Origin: Callorhinchus milii
Taxonomy: Eukaryota
DNA length: 64,000 nucleotides
Direction: 5' to 3'
Assembly: GCF_018977255.1 (NCBI RefSeq)
Contig: NW_024704749.1
Coordinates: forward strand, 7,998,001 to 8,062,000
The notes below the pieces were generated by a model. The model did not search any database. It was not told where the DNA came from and was given only the letters and a program-made list of their open reading frames with translations. Position 1 is the stretch's first letter, and each line of letters opens with the position of its first letter. Shown here piece after piece: positions 13,569 through 21,964 of the stretch. The position numbers were made by a program, and so were the translations under genes.

Positions 13569-16500
13569 CTGACAGCTGGAGGAGGGGAATGCGGTGATGG
13601 AGAAGCTGACGAGAGAGCTGGCAGAGAGCCGGGGGGAGCTGGCTGGGATCCAAGGCTCGTTACACAGCTCCCAGCAGGTACCATAGCGTGGGGTGGGGGC
13701 AGGTGGGGTGGGGGGAAGGGGGGTTGAAGAGGAAGAGCGTGTCAGCGTGGGGGAGGATGTGAGGGTGGGTGTCGGGTCTGGGCTGGACTACAGACAGGCA
13801 CTGAGCTGCAGTCCTGGCCGGGGGGAGCTGGAGAGGGAGGGGGAGAGTGTGTGAGCGTGTGGGGGATTTGGGGCGATGGTGTATAAGGGGTGTGATGGGG
13901 TGTCCATGTTGGGTTACAGACAAGCACCGAGCTGCAGTCCCGGCTGAAGGAGCTGGCGACGGCGAGAGAGCGCGCGCAGCAAGCTGCGAGGGATAGCGAG
14001 GCTGAGGTGCAGAGGCTGAGCGAGCGGTTGGAGGAACAGGACACGTCACTGCGGCGGGAGCAGGAGCAGAACTGCCGGGAAGTGGCCGAGCTCCGGGGAA
14101 AACTGGCCGAGGAGGTCAGCCTCTCACCGTCCTTCTTTACCAAACCTTCGCCACAAAACACACAGTCACTACGCTTCAACGTGTATCCCGCGAAGCGCTT
14201 TCGGACGCGATAAGGCGCTGCGTCAAATGCAAGGATCGTTGTTGTTAAGAATTTTGGGGGGTAGAATTAGGTTGACTTTGGGCTAAAAACGTGAGCTTAC
14301 TTTCTGGCAAAGCCCGATCGTGGCGGGAGCTGGTGAGTGCCCGGCGGGCGGGCGGGCGGGCGGGCTGGCGGTGTGTGCGGCGGTGCGTGGCGGTGCGTGG
14401 CGGCGAATGTTGGCCTCGTGGTGCGGTGTTGGCCGGTTGTTGCTCTGAGCCCCGTGTGCCCCGGTTGGTTTGCAGGGAGAGAGCCAGCGGCGCCGGGAGC
14501 AGAGGCTGACGGCCGAGCAGTGGGAGCTGGTGTGTGGCAGCGCCCGAGAGGCTCAGGCCATCGTACAGGATGCCTTGGCCACGCTCTCCGATCCCCTGCA
14601 TGTCCGCTGCACCAGCTCCCCCGGTGAGTAACTGTGTGGGGGGGTGGGGCTGCTGCTCACACAGGCTCCCAGCAGCGCAGCCAGAAGTGGGGGAGGGAAG
14701 GGGGCTGGGTGGTGGGGCGTCCTGCCCAGATCAGAGCTAGGATTGACCCAAAGACCCACCACCACCACCCCCCCCCCCCCACTCCACCCACTGAGACACA
14801 CACACACACTCGCTCACACTTAAGGCGCTGGACAGTCAAGGATTGCACCCGAGCTGGGGGTTGGGACCAGGAGGGCAGGGAGGGTGGGGGGTAGGAGGGT
14901 GTCTAGAGGCGCGGGTAAAGAGGAGGGTCTTGAGGCTGGCCTTGAATGAAGCGAGTGAAGGAGGGAGGGGGCAAGGCGGAGGGGCTCTGGTGACTGGGGG
15001 GGTTTATACGGAGCGGTTTTCCTGTGTTACAGATTACCTGATCAGCCGAGCCGAGGCGGCATTGGATTCCGTGGCCTCAACGCACGAGGGACTCAGCCAG
15101 TACCTGAGCAACAGGGCAGGTGAGTCAGGGTGTCAGATGGAGGGGTGTGAGTATGAACGAGTGCATTGGGGTGGGGGGGGGGGGGTGTGATTGAGCGTGT
15201 CAGGAGGGTGTGAGTAAGTGTGTGAGTGAGTGTCTCGGGTGTGTGTGCGTGTGTGTGTCTGGGGGCTGTGTAATTGAGTGTGTCGGGGTGGCGGGGGGTG
15301 AATGTGTCTGGGTGTTATTGTGAGTGAGTGNNNNNNNNNNNNNNNNNNNNNNNNNNNNNNNNNNNNNNNNNNNNNNNNNNNNNNNNNNNNNNNNNNNNNN
15401 NNNNNNNNNNNNNNNNNNNNNNNNNNNNNNNNNNNNNNNNNNNNNNNNNNNNNNNNNNNNNNNNTGTAACGCTGCTCCCTGTGCCCACACACAGACGCGG
15501 GCAAGCTGGTGCAGGCACTGGCACGCTTTGCCCACCTGACGGCCGACACCATCGTCAATGGCAGCGCCACTGCCCACCTGGCCCCCACCGACCCGGCCGA
15601 CAGTGAGTAACGCTGAACCTCACACACCGTCCTCCCGCACCCGACGCAATGCAACCTCATCCCCAGTAATAAGTGAACTCACTCTCTCCTACGCTCGCTC
15701 TCTCACGCTCGCCCTCCCACGCTCGCTCACTCTCTCTCACGCTCACTCACTCTCTCACGCTTGCTCACTCACTCTCTCACTCACTCACTCTCACGCTCAC
15801 TCACTCACTCTCACGCTCACTCACTCTCTCACGCTCGCTCTCTCACGCTCACTCCCTCACTCTCACACTCACTCACTCTCTCACGCTCACTCACTCTCTC
15901 ACGCTTGCTCACTCACTCTCTCACTCACTCACTCACTCTCTCTCTCACGCTCACTCACTCACTCACTCTCACACTCACTCACTCTCTCACGCTCGCTCTC
16001 TCACGCTCACTCCCTCACTCTCACACTCACTCACTCTCTCACGCTCACTCACTCTCTCACGCTTGCTCACTCACTCTCTCACTCACTCACTCACTCACTC
16101 ACTCACTCACTCACTCACTCTCTCACGCTCACTCACTCACTCACTCTCACGCTCGCTCTCTCACGCTCACTCCCTCACTCTCACACTCACTCACTCTCTC
16201 ACGCTCACTCACTCTCTCACGCTCACCCACTTTTTCACGCTCACTCACTCTCTCACACTTGCTCACTCACTCTCCCGCTCGCTCACTCTCTCTCTCTCTC
16301 GCTCTCCCACGCTTGCTCACTCTCTCACACTGCACTGTCCCATTGCGCCTGTGCAAAAAGGGAATGAGCGTTTTGACGTTTCGCCCTCAAAAACACGCAG
16401 TCACTCCACTTTACAGTCCCAATCTGTGAAGCGCTTTGCGACGCCTCGACGGCGCGATGAGGCCTCCCCGCTCACAGGGGGACCCTCCCAGAGCGCTTAA

Positions 16501-18594
16501 TGCCTGCCTGACTTGTAGTAAAGTGACAGAGTGGTAACGTGCGCCTGTTCCTGTTGCGTGGAGAGCTGACAGACGGCTGCCGGGAGTGCGGAGCTGAGAC
16601 CCTGCGGTTTCTCGGTCACCTGAAGGATGAACAGTTGGTCAGCCAGGCCGACCTCGGCCCGGTCAGAGGGGCCTTACACACCATCCTCCAGCTTGGCCAG
16701 GTAACCGGGGTGTGGGGGTGGGGGGGCAACAGCGCTCTCTCTCTCTCTCTCTCTCTCTCTGTGTCACCCTCAGGCTCGTGCTCTCCTGTTAGCGCTCGCA
16801 CTCGCACTCTCGCACTCGCTCTCTCTCGCTCACTCACACTGGGGCTTCCCTCCCCAGGAGCTGAGGCCACGGAGCCTGGAGGTGGGGCAGGGGGAGCTGG
16901 GGGATATGGTGGACACTGAGATGGCAGCAACGTCCGCAGCCATTGACGCCGCCGTCAGGAGGATCGAGGTACCGTTTCCCCCCTCGCTCCCTCGCTCGCC
17001 CGTCCCGGGGGAAAGGGAGGGTAATTGTCAGAGGTGTTGTGGTTACGGTCTAGAATTCACTGCCTGAAAGGCTGGTGGAAGCAGATTCGATAGTGGGACT
17101 AGTCGAATAGCTCTTTAAGGCACGAGGGGCCGAATGGCCTCCTCCTGTGCTGTAGAATTCTATAGATCTATGAAAACAGTCACTACACCTGACAACGAAA
17201 ACAGTCACTACACCTGACAACAAATACACGGAATTTCATTCACAGAGAGACTTGGCCGAGTCACTAATATAGAATTTCTTTCATTTTCTCTTTCTCACAC
17301 TCTCCCTTTCTCTCTCACTTTCTCTCCCTCCCCTTCTCTCTCCCTTTTCTTGTCTCTATTGTAGGAGATGATGAGCCAGGCCAGGCTGGGAAGCTCTGGA
17401 ATTAAACTGGAAGTTAACGAGAGGTCAGTGTGTGGGAGCTTTGCCTGTGAAAGGATTCCTGTAGTAATTTCGGTGCTGAGTGTGTGCATCCTGTCATTGC
17501 TAAACTGCTCTCCCTCCGGTGGGGGACTTTGACTCGAGATGTTAACAGGAGCCACGCAAGAGCCTGATGGATATCCTCTGGGGGAGGGGGCAGGGGGAGG
17601 AGGGGAGGGGGGGCACAGTCTCCCGAACCGCCTCCTGTTACCCCTCTTTAATCCATGCCTCAATTGTTTCTTTCACAGAATCCTGAACTGCTGCACAGAC
17701 CTGATGAAGGTGAGTGAGATGGTTTGGCGAGACCGGTGATCAGCGAGCGATCTACGGCCGCTGTAAAGCCGGGTTGGTGGCTTAGCTCTCGGTCGGCACC
17801 GAGTCAACGAAACCTTCCCCTTTTGTTTTTGTGCTTGTGATTCAGGCCATCAGGCAGCTGGTGGTGTCCTCGACGAGCTTACAGAAGGAGATCGTGGAGA
17901 GCGGGCGGGTGAGTGAGCCCGTTACGTGATGTGTGCGTAGTGGTAGCGCTATTGCCTCCCGAGTCAGAAGGTTGTGGGTTCAACACCCCCCCCCCCCCCA
18001 ACCCCCACCAGGTCTAGGACTTGGAACCACATAGTCTGAGGTGATGTTTCAATGCAGCACTGGGGGAGGGGCAGGAGTGGCGGGTGGAGTGGGGTGGGGG
18101 CGCGGGGAAGTGTGTTGCATTTAACGGATGAGACGTTAAACCGAGGTCTGTGCCTGTTCAGGTGGACGCTCAAGAAAAGAGAAGGAAGGTTTCTCTCTCT
18201 CTCCTCTCTCGCTCTCGCTCCCCCTCACAGTGTCCTGGCCAACGGTCCCCCAAATAAAAGCGCTCACTCGCTCCACGGCTGTTTGTGGGACACTCGTTGC
18301 TGTGGGCAATTGGCTGCCGTGTTTCACTTACGCAAGACACTGTGCAGCGCATCCTGTGAAGGCACGACAGCAAATGCAAGGATTGTTATCGTTGTTATTA
18401 ATGGGCTAGTTTCAACAGCAAAGGGGGGCGCGGAGGGCGGAGGGTGGAGGGCGGAGGAGAAATGGGCCAAACCATTTGTGACAAACGTCTCTCCTGGTAA
18501 TCAGGAGGTGGTCTTGGGACCGCAGTGTGAGGCTGGCCGCAGGCTGTGGTTGGACCGGGCCAGTCCAGGCTGGCGGTCAGTGGGATTATCCCTG

Positions 18595-18630
<36 letters not shown>

Positions 18631-21600
18631 CCCCCCCCTCTATGTGTTCTGTCTCCTGTCCCCACAGGGAGCCGCCACCACCAAGGAATTCTACGCCAAA
18701 AACTCCCGCTGGACGGAGGGGCTGATCTCCGCCTCCAAGGCTGTGGGGTGGGGAGCGACCCAGCTGGTGTGAGTACTGGGCGGTGGGGGGGGGGGGGAGT
18801 GTCTGATCGTTGGATAGTGTGACTCCCGCCTCACCGGGGGAGCAGAGGATAGCGTGGATGCTTAAGCCACTCCTCGGGGACGTTTTGAGCCCGGGGTGGG
18901 GTGGGGTGGGGGGGCAACGACAGAGGAGGGCATCGGAGGAGCTTGGCTGATAATCTTCTGCCTCCAGAGAAGCCATGGGACACTGCGCTTATTTTAAGGA
19001 GACGCTGGCGCAGGCCAGCGATTGCTTGTGAAGGGCGGGGAGGTGTTTGAGGGGAAGACGGGGAGGTAGGAGATGGGTTAGCGTTACTGTTCGGCGACTG
19101 ATTTCCCCTCCGCCCCGGCCTGCAGGGATTCTGCGGACAAGGTGGTTCTGAAGACGGGGAAATACGAGGAGCTGATTGTCTGCTCTCACGAGGTGGCGGC
19201 CAGCACCGCGCAGCTGGTGGCCGCGTCAAAGGTCGGTCAGAGAGCCCGGACGGTATCGGGCTGCGCGCACACGCGTGCGCTGCACGGCGCGTAAATCCCT
19301 CGTGGGAACAGGCGCTCCCCGGCACGGCGCAGCGCAGCACACCACGAGCTGCCGAGTTTCCTGACCTGAGCCGGGCTGGTGTGTAGTGTGGGTGTGGTGT
19401 GGTGTGTGCGTGTAGTGTGCGTGTAGTGTGTGTGTGGTGTGTGCGTGTTGTGTGTGTGCAGTGTGTGCATGTAGTGTGTGTGTACACGGATGTGGACTTC
19501 AGGTGAGCTCAGGAATGGGTTTGGCTCTTTTTTTTTTCCTCTCTGCTTCCCCCACCCCACATCCCCCACCGCCCACCCAAGTCAAATATTCCTGCGTCAC
19601 TCACACTCCAGACTCCCATGTTTCGCCCACGAAATGCACAGTCACTACACTTGACGGTAAATCCTGTGAAGCGCTTTGAGACGTCTCAACGACCTGATAA
19701 TGTATATTATGTCAAATATATATCAAATGCAAGGATTATGATGTACTGGGGCCTAATAAGGATATTCATCATCCATCTCGTGTTGTTATTATCAATGATG
19801 TCTTGCTGTCTGTGCTGTAGGTGAAGGCTGATCGCAGCAGCAGGAACCTGAACAGACTACAGCAGGCGTCCAGGCAGGTGAACGAAATGGCAGCCAAGGT
19901 CGTGGCTTCCACTAAGTCAGGACAGGAGCAGATAGAGGACCGAGGTACAGGGACCGGGGTTTACACCAATGCAGCCCCTCGCAGCCCGACATCCGCTCAC
20001 CCCCTCCAATATAACACTCAAGTGCCCCGGGAATGTAAAATAATAAAGGGATTGGAAAGGGTAGATACAGAAAATCTACTTCCTTTGCTGGGGGAATCCA
20101 GAACAGGGTGGGGCATCATCTTAAAATTAGAGCTAGGCCATTTAGGAGTGAAATCACAAGGCAGTTTTTCACCCAAAGAGTAGTGGAAATCTGGAACTCT
20201 TTTTTTTTCCCCCAAAAGCCTGTGGATGTTGGATCCATTCGCATCTTCAAGACTGAGGTGGTTAGGTCAGGGCATGAAGGAATATGGAGCAAAAGCGGGT
20301 CGTTGGCGTTGAGGCACAGATCAGCCATGATCTTATAGAATGGTGGAACAGGCTCGAGGGGCTGAATGGCCTCCTCCCCGTTTCTGCGAGTGCTTCCTGC
20401 ACATAGAGCGAATTGCAGGAAATTACATCAACGCTGACCGTGAAACCCTGATCGGAAGTAGTTGACCGGCGGACATTTTTGAATTGCCCCATTATACCGC
20501 GAGGTCTATGTTGATGGACTCAAACCTCCGCCTGGTAACGGGAGGGGGAAGGGGGGGGTTCGGTCTGTACTAAATTCTACCTTCGTCATCAGGTGAGTGG
20601 GTTTGTACTGATCATTATGTTCTTGACGCCCTCTCAGATACGATGGACTTTTCAGGAATGTCGCGGATTAAACTTAAAAAGCAGGAGATTGAGTCCCAGG
20701 TGAGTCATTTTCTTGGGAGGAGGGAGGCCTGACCTATCACTGCCCCAACCCCCCTCGCCCCCCACTCCCCCCCTCAGTGCTGGGTGGGGCAGCGCTGGGG
20801 TGTGAGGTGATATCTGCTGACTCAAACCACCTCCACGTGGGGTGGTCGATGTCAATGAGTTTCCCTCCCTTCCAACAGACACTTCACTTCACAGACTCTC
20901 TCTCTCTCTCTCTCTTTGCTCAGGTGAAAGTTTTGGAGCTGGAAAACAAGCTGGAATTGGAGAGGTTGAGGCTGGGGGAGTTACGGAAGAAACACTATGA
21001 CCTGGGAGGTGCCTATGACAACGCGGTGGGGGCAGAAATCTCACCCGAAAAGCCCAGCTTTCCGGCCAAACCTCTCCCGTCTCCAAAACCAATCGTCCCA
21101 CCCAAGAGCGTCGCTCAGGTAAACTCCGGCTTCTCCTGAGGCTGAGATTCCACCTGTTCTTAGCCTCTCAGAGACCAACTCGCTGAAAGCATTCCAGATC
21201 CGTCTCCGATCTGAGCCCCACCTCGTGTATTTTTATATGCCTTGTTTGTAGTTTCACCCACAAAATACAGTCACTAAGCTTTACAGTATATTCTGTGAAG
21301 CGCTTTGAGACGTCTCAACGTCGCAATAAGACGTGTTGTCAAGTGCAAGGATTGTTATTATTGAGATCGAATCCTTTACAACATTGAACTGAGGAGTAGA
21401 GACAAGGGTGGGGGGGCAATATCAATGACTTTCCTCCCTCCCCACCCCCACCACACAGATGCTTCACTTCACAGACACTCTCTCTATTTGTTCTCTCCTT
21501 CGAGCTGGAAAACAACCTGGTGTTGGAGACGGTGTATTCTAAACCACTGACATTTTTCTAATCCCAATTTTAAAACATTTAGGGGGAAAAAAAAACGGAT

Positions 21601-21964
21601 AAAACCAATGAATCGAGTGTGTTGAAACCTGATCTGTGGGTGGAGACGGGTTCATTCTCAAAATCCGATTTCAATTCATTTCAATTGAATCTTTAATAAA
21701 AGCAGAAGGTCAGGCAGCATCTACGGGGAGAGGAGAGGAAATTGAGTTAACGTTTCAGGTCGATGACCGTTCGGCAGAAAACTTAACCCACACCTCTCTC
21801 TCCGTAGATGTTGCCTGACCTACTGAGTGTTCTCAGCCACTTCTGATTGTATTTCAGATTTCCGGCATCTGAGATCTTTTGCCTTTTCTTAATTGTCTCT
21901 CAATTTGTTTTGTTTGCAGTTGAACACACATGATGGGGTCTACAAATCCCACCGGAAATGTTAA
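1629..21964 (+). CDS. HIP1R: Huntingtin-interacting protein 1-related protein (ANTH, coiled coil, I/LWEQ talin-like domain); exons 2-32, 5' partial
   Basis: 31 exons join in one frame (3096 nt, 1031 aa + TAA) with GT-AG ends. Peptides such as [72 protein letters not shown] and the terminal LNTHDGVY match HIP1R rather than HIP1. It is adjacent to VPS37B as in human. Confidence 0.96.
1693..2535 (+). other. U12-type (minor spliceosome) GT-AG intron in HIP1R
   Basis: 5' site GTATCCTT; branch site TCCTTGAC at 2518-2525, 10 nt before the 3' end; no polypyrimidine tract. Confidence 0.9.
1850..2222. repeat. ~18-20-nt purine-rich minisatellite
   Basis: gagcg(t/c)gggggagagaga repeated. Confidence 0.9.
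2536..2678 (+). CDS. HIP1R: HIP1R exon 3 (IILGTHHEK...LRDGHPN)
   Basis: aag acceptor after the TCCTTGAC branch site; donor gtgagt. Confidence 0.93.
3218..3274 (+). CDS. HIP1R: HIP1R exon 4 ([19 protein letters not shown])
   Basis: tttcag / gtgagg; phase consistent. Confidence 0.93.
3438..3518 (+). CDS. HIP1R: HIP1R exon 5 ([10 protein letters not shown]...FHRK)
   Basis: ttacag / gtgcgg. Confidence 0.93.
3540..3955. repeat. G-rich ~33-nt minisatellite
   Basis: ggggtgtgtgtggggtggagtggcgggggggcaga repeated. Confidence 0.85.
4130..4206 (+). CDS. HIP1R: HIP1R exon 6 ([10 protein letters not shown]...GTDVNN)
   Basis: tcccag / gtgagt. Confidence 0.93.
4959..5020 (+). CDS. HIP1R: HIP1R exon 7 ([12 protein letters not shown]...)
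   Basis: tgttag / gtgagt. Confidence 0.93.
5290..5630. repeat. ~30-40-nt minisatellite overlapping the exon 8 acceptor
   Basis: cgccc(a/g)cagtgtt(a/g)cgctctctctct repeated. Confidence 0.88.
5617..5757 (+). CDS. HIP1R: HIP1R exon 8 (FRSLDTSY...FKLHS)
   Basis: ccacag / gtaagt; acceptor chosen by homology among several repeat-derived AGs. Confidence 0.9.
5955..6352. repeat. G-rich minisatellite
   Basis: gctggggagggggtggggg units. Confidence 0.85.
7396..7453 (+). CDS. HIP1R: HIP1R exon 9 ([18 protein letters not shown])
   Basis: ccccag / gtactg. Confidence 0.93.
7731..7806 (+). CDS. HIP1R: HIP1R exon 10 ([25 protein letters not shown])
   Basis: ttacag / gtgggg. Confidence 0.93.
8426..8551 (+). 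CDS. HIP1R: HIP1R exon 11 ([19 protein letters not shown]...)
   Basis: cggcag / gtcaga. Confidence 0.9.
9047..9458. repeat. 36-nt minisatellite, about 11 copies
   Basis: tgtctctgtctctgacactgtgtgtctgagctgtgtc-type unit. Confidence 0.92.
9473..9546 (+). CDS. HIP1R: HIP1R exon 12 ([15 protein letters not shown]...KDDR)
   Basis: tcacag / gtgagc. Confidence 0.9.
9596..9920 (+). mobile_element. Full-length tRNA-derived SINE (Deu-like core, L2-like tail, (TTA)n)
   Basis: A-box TAGCTCAGTGG, B-box GTTCAATCC, core gctgtgcgcaatcggctgccgcgtt, tail atcaaatgcaaggattatta. Confidence 0.85.
10140..10212 (+). CDS. HIP1R: HIP1R exon 13 ([24 protein letters not shown])
   Basis: cgacag / gtgaga; an in-frame alternative donor gtgagg lies at 10201. 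Confidence 0.88.
10470..10910. repeat. Pentamer-based tandem repeat (GGGCT/ATGCT/GGGCA; 20-nt higher-order unit)
   Basis: atgctgggcagggctgggct repeated. Confidence 0.92.
10958..11141 (+). CDS. HIP1R: HIP1R exon 14 (AQRYITQLK...VEAE)
   Basis: ccccag / gtgagt. Confidence 0.92.
11258..11482. repeat. ~45-nt minisatellite, about 5 copies
   Basis: gtttccgtgtgtgtgtgtcagacacccggctg(a/g)tcacggtgac. Confidence 0.9.
11547..11635 (+). CDS. HIP1R: HIP1R exon 15 (...[22 protein letters not shown])
   Basis: tggcag / gtaaag. Confidence 0.92.
12012..12128 (+). CDS. HIP1R: HIP1R exon 16 ([10 protein letters not shown]...AETR)
   Basis: ccgcag / gtaaga. Confidence 0.92.
12340..12760 (+). mobile_element. L2 3'-end fragment
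   Basis: HWLP...GGRAFS..PKLWN..P...FK..LKT signature and tail. Confidence 0.8.
13576..13677 (+). CDS. HIP1R: HIP1R exon 17 ([11 protein letters not shown]...SSQQ)
   Basis: tgacag / gtacca. Confidence 0.9.
13920..14114 (+). CDS. HIP1R: HIP1R exon 18 (TSTELQSRL...GKLAEE)
   Basis: ttacag / gtcagc. Confidence 0.88.
14476..14623 (+). CDS. HIP1R: HIP1R exon 19 (GESQRR...[11 protein letters not shown])
   Basis: ttgcag / gtgagt. Confidence 0.92.
15033..15119 (+). CDS. HIP1R: HIP1R exon 20 ([11 protein letters not shown]...)
   Basis: ttacag / gtgagt. Confidence 0.92.
15331..15464. other. Assembly gap (134 N) in HIP1R intron 20
   Basis: Run of N; exon phases on both sides are compatible, so no constitutive exon is missing. 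Confidence 0.98.
15495..15602 (+). CDS. HIP1R: HIP1R exon 21 ([14 protein letters not shown]...APTDPAD)
   Basis: acacag / gtgagt. Confidence 0.92.
15676..16330. repeat. (TCAC)/(TC)-based compound repeat
   Basis: ctcactcactctctcacgct repeated. Confidence 0.9.
16564..16700 (+). CDS. HIP1R: HIP1R exon 22 (LTDGCRECG...ILQLGQ)
   Basis: rare GAG acceptor required by phase; donor gtaacc. Confidence 0.85.
16858..16968 (+). CDS. HIP1R: HIP1R exon 23 (ELRPRSL...AVRRIE)
   Basis: ccccag / gtaccg. Confidence 0.92.
17365..17423 (+). CDS. HIP1R: HIP1R exon 24 ([19 protein letters not shown])
   Basis: ttgtag / gtcagt. Confidence 0.92.
17679..17709 (+). CDS. HIP1R: HIP1R exon 25 ([10 protein letters not shown])
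   Basis: tcacag / gtgagt. Confidence 0.92.
17846..17908 (+). CDS. HIP1R: HIP1R exon 26 ([21 protein letters not shown])
   Basis: attcag / gtgagt. Confidence 0.93.
18668..18768 (+). CDS. HIP1R: HIP1R exon 27 ([18 protein letters not shown]...)
   Basis: ccacag / gtgagt. Confidence 0.93.
19126..19231 (+). CDS. HIP1R: HIP1R exon 28 (DSADKVV...QLVAASK)
   Basis: ctgcag / gtcggt. Confidence 0.93.
19821..19944 (+). CDS. HIP1R: HIP1R exon 29 (VKADRSS...GQEQIEDR)
   Basis: ctgtag / gtacag. Confidence 0.93.
20035..20395 (+). mobile_element. CR1 3'-end fragment in HIP1R intron 29
   Basis: GHHLKI...[12 protein letters not shown] and the CR1 3' UTR (agatcagccatgatc...gctgaatggcct). Confidence 0.8.
20638..20699 (+). 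CDS. HIP1R: HIP1R exon 30 ([20 protein letters not shown])
   Basis: tctcag / gtgagt. Confidence 0.93.
20924..21118 (+). CDS. HIP1R: HIP1R exon 31 ([10 protein letters not shown]...SVAQ)
   Basis: gctcag / gtaaac; read-through would end VNSGFS* at 21139. Confidence 0.9.
21920..21964 (+). CDS. HIP1R: HIP1R last coding exon ([14 protein letters not shown])
   Basis: ttgcag acceptor; resembles the human HIP1R terminal peptide LDKKDGIY. Confidence 0.85.
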   Translation: MNTHDGVYKSHRKC

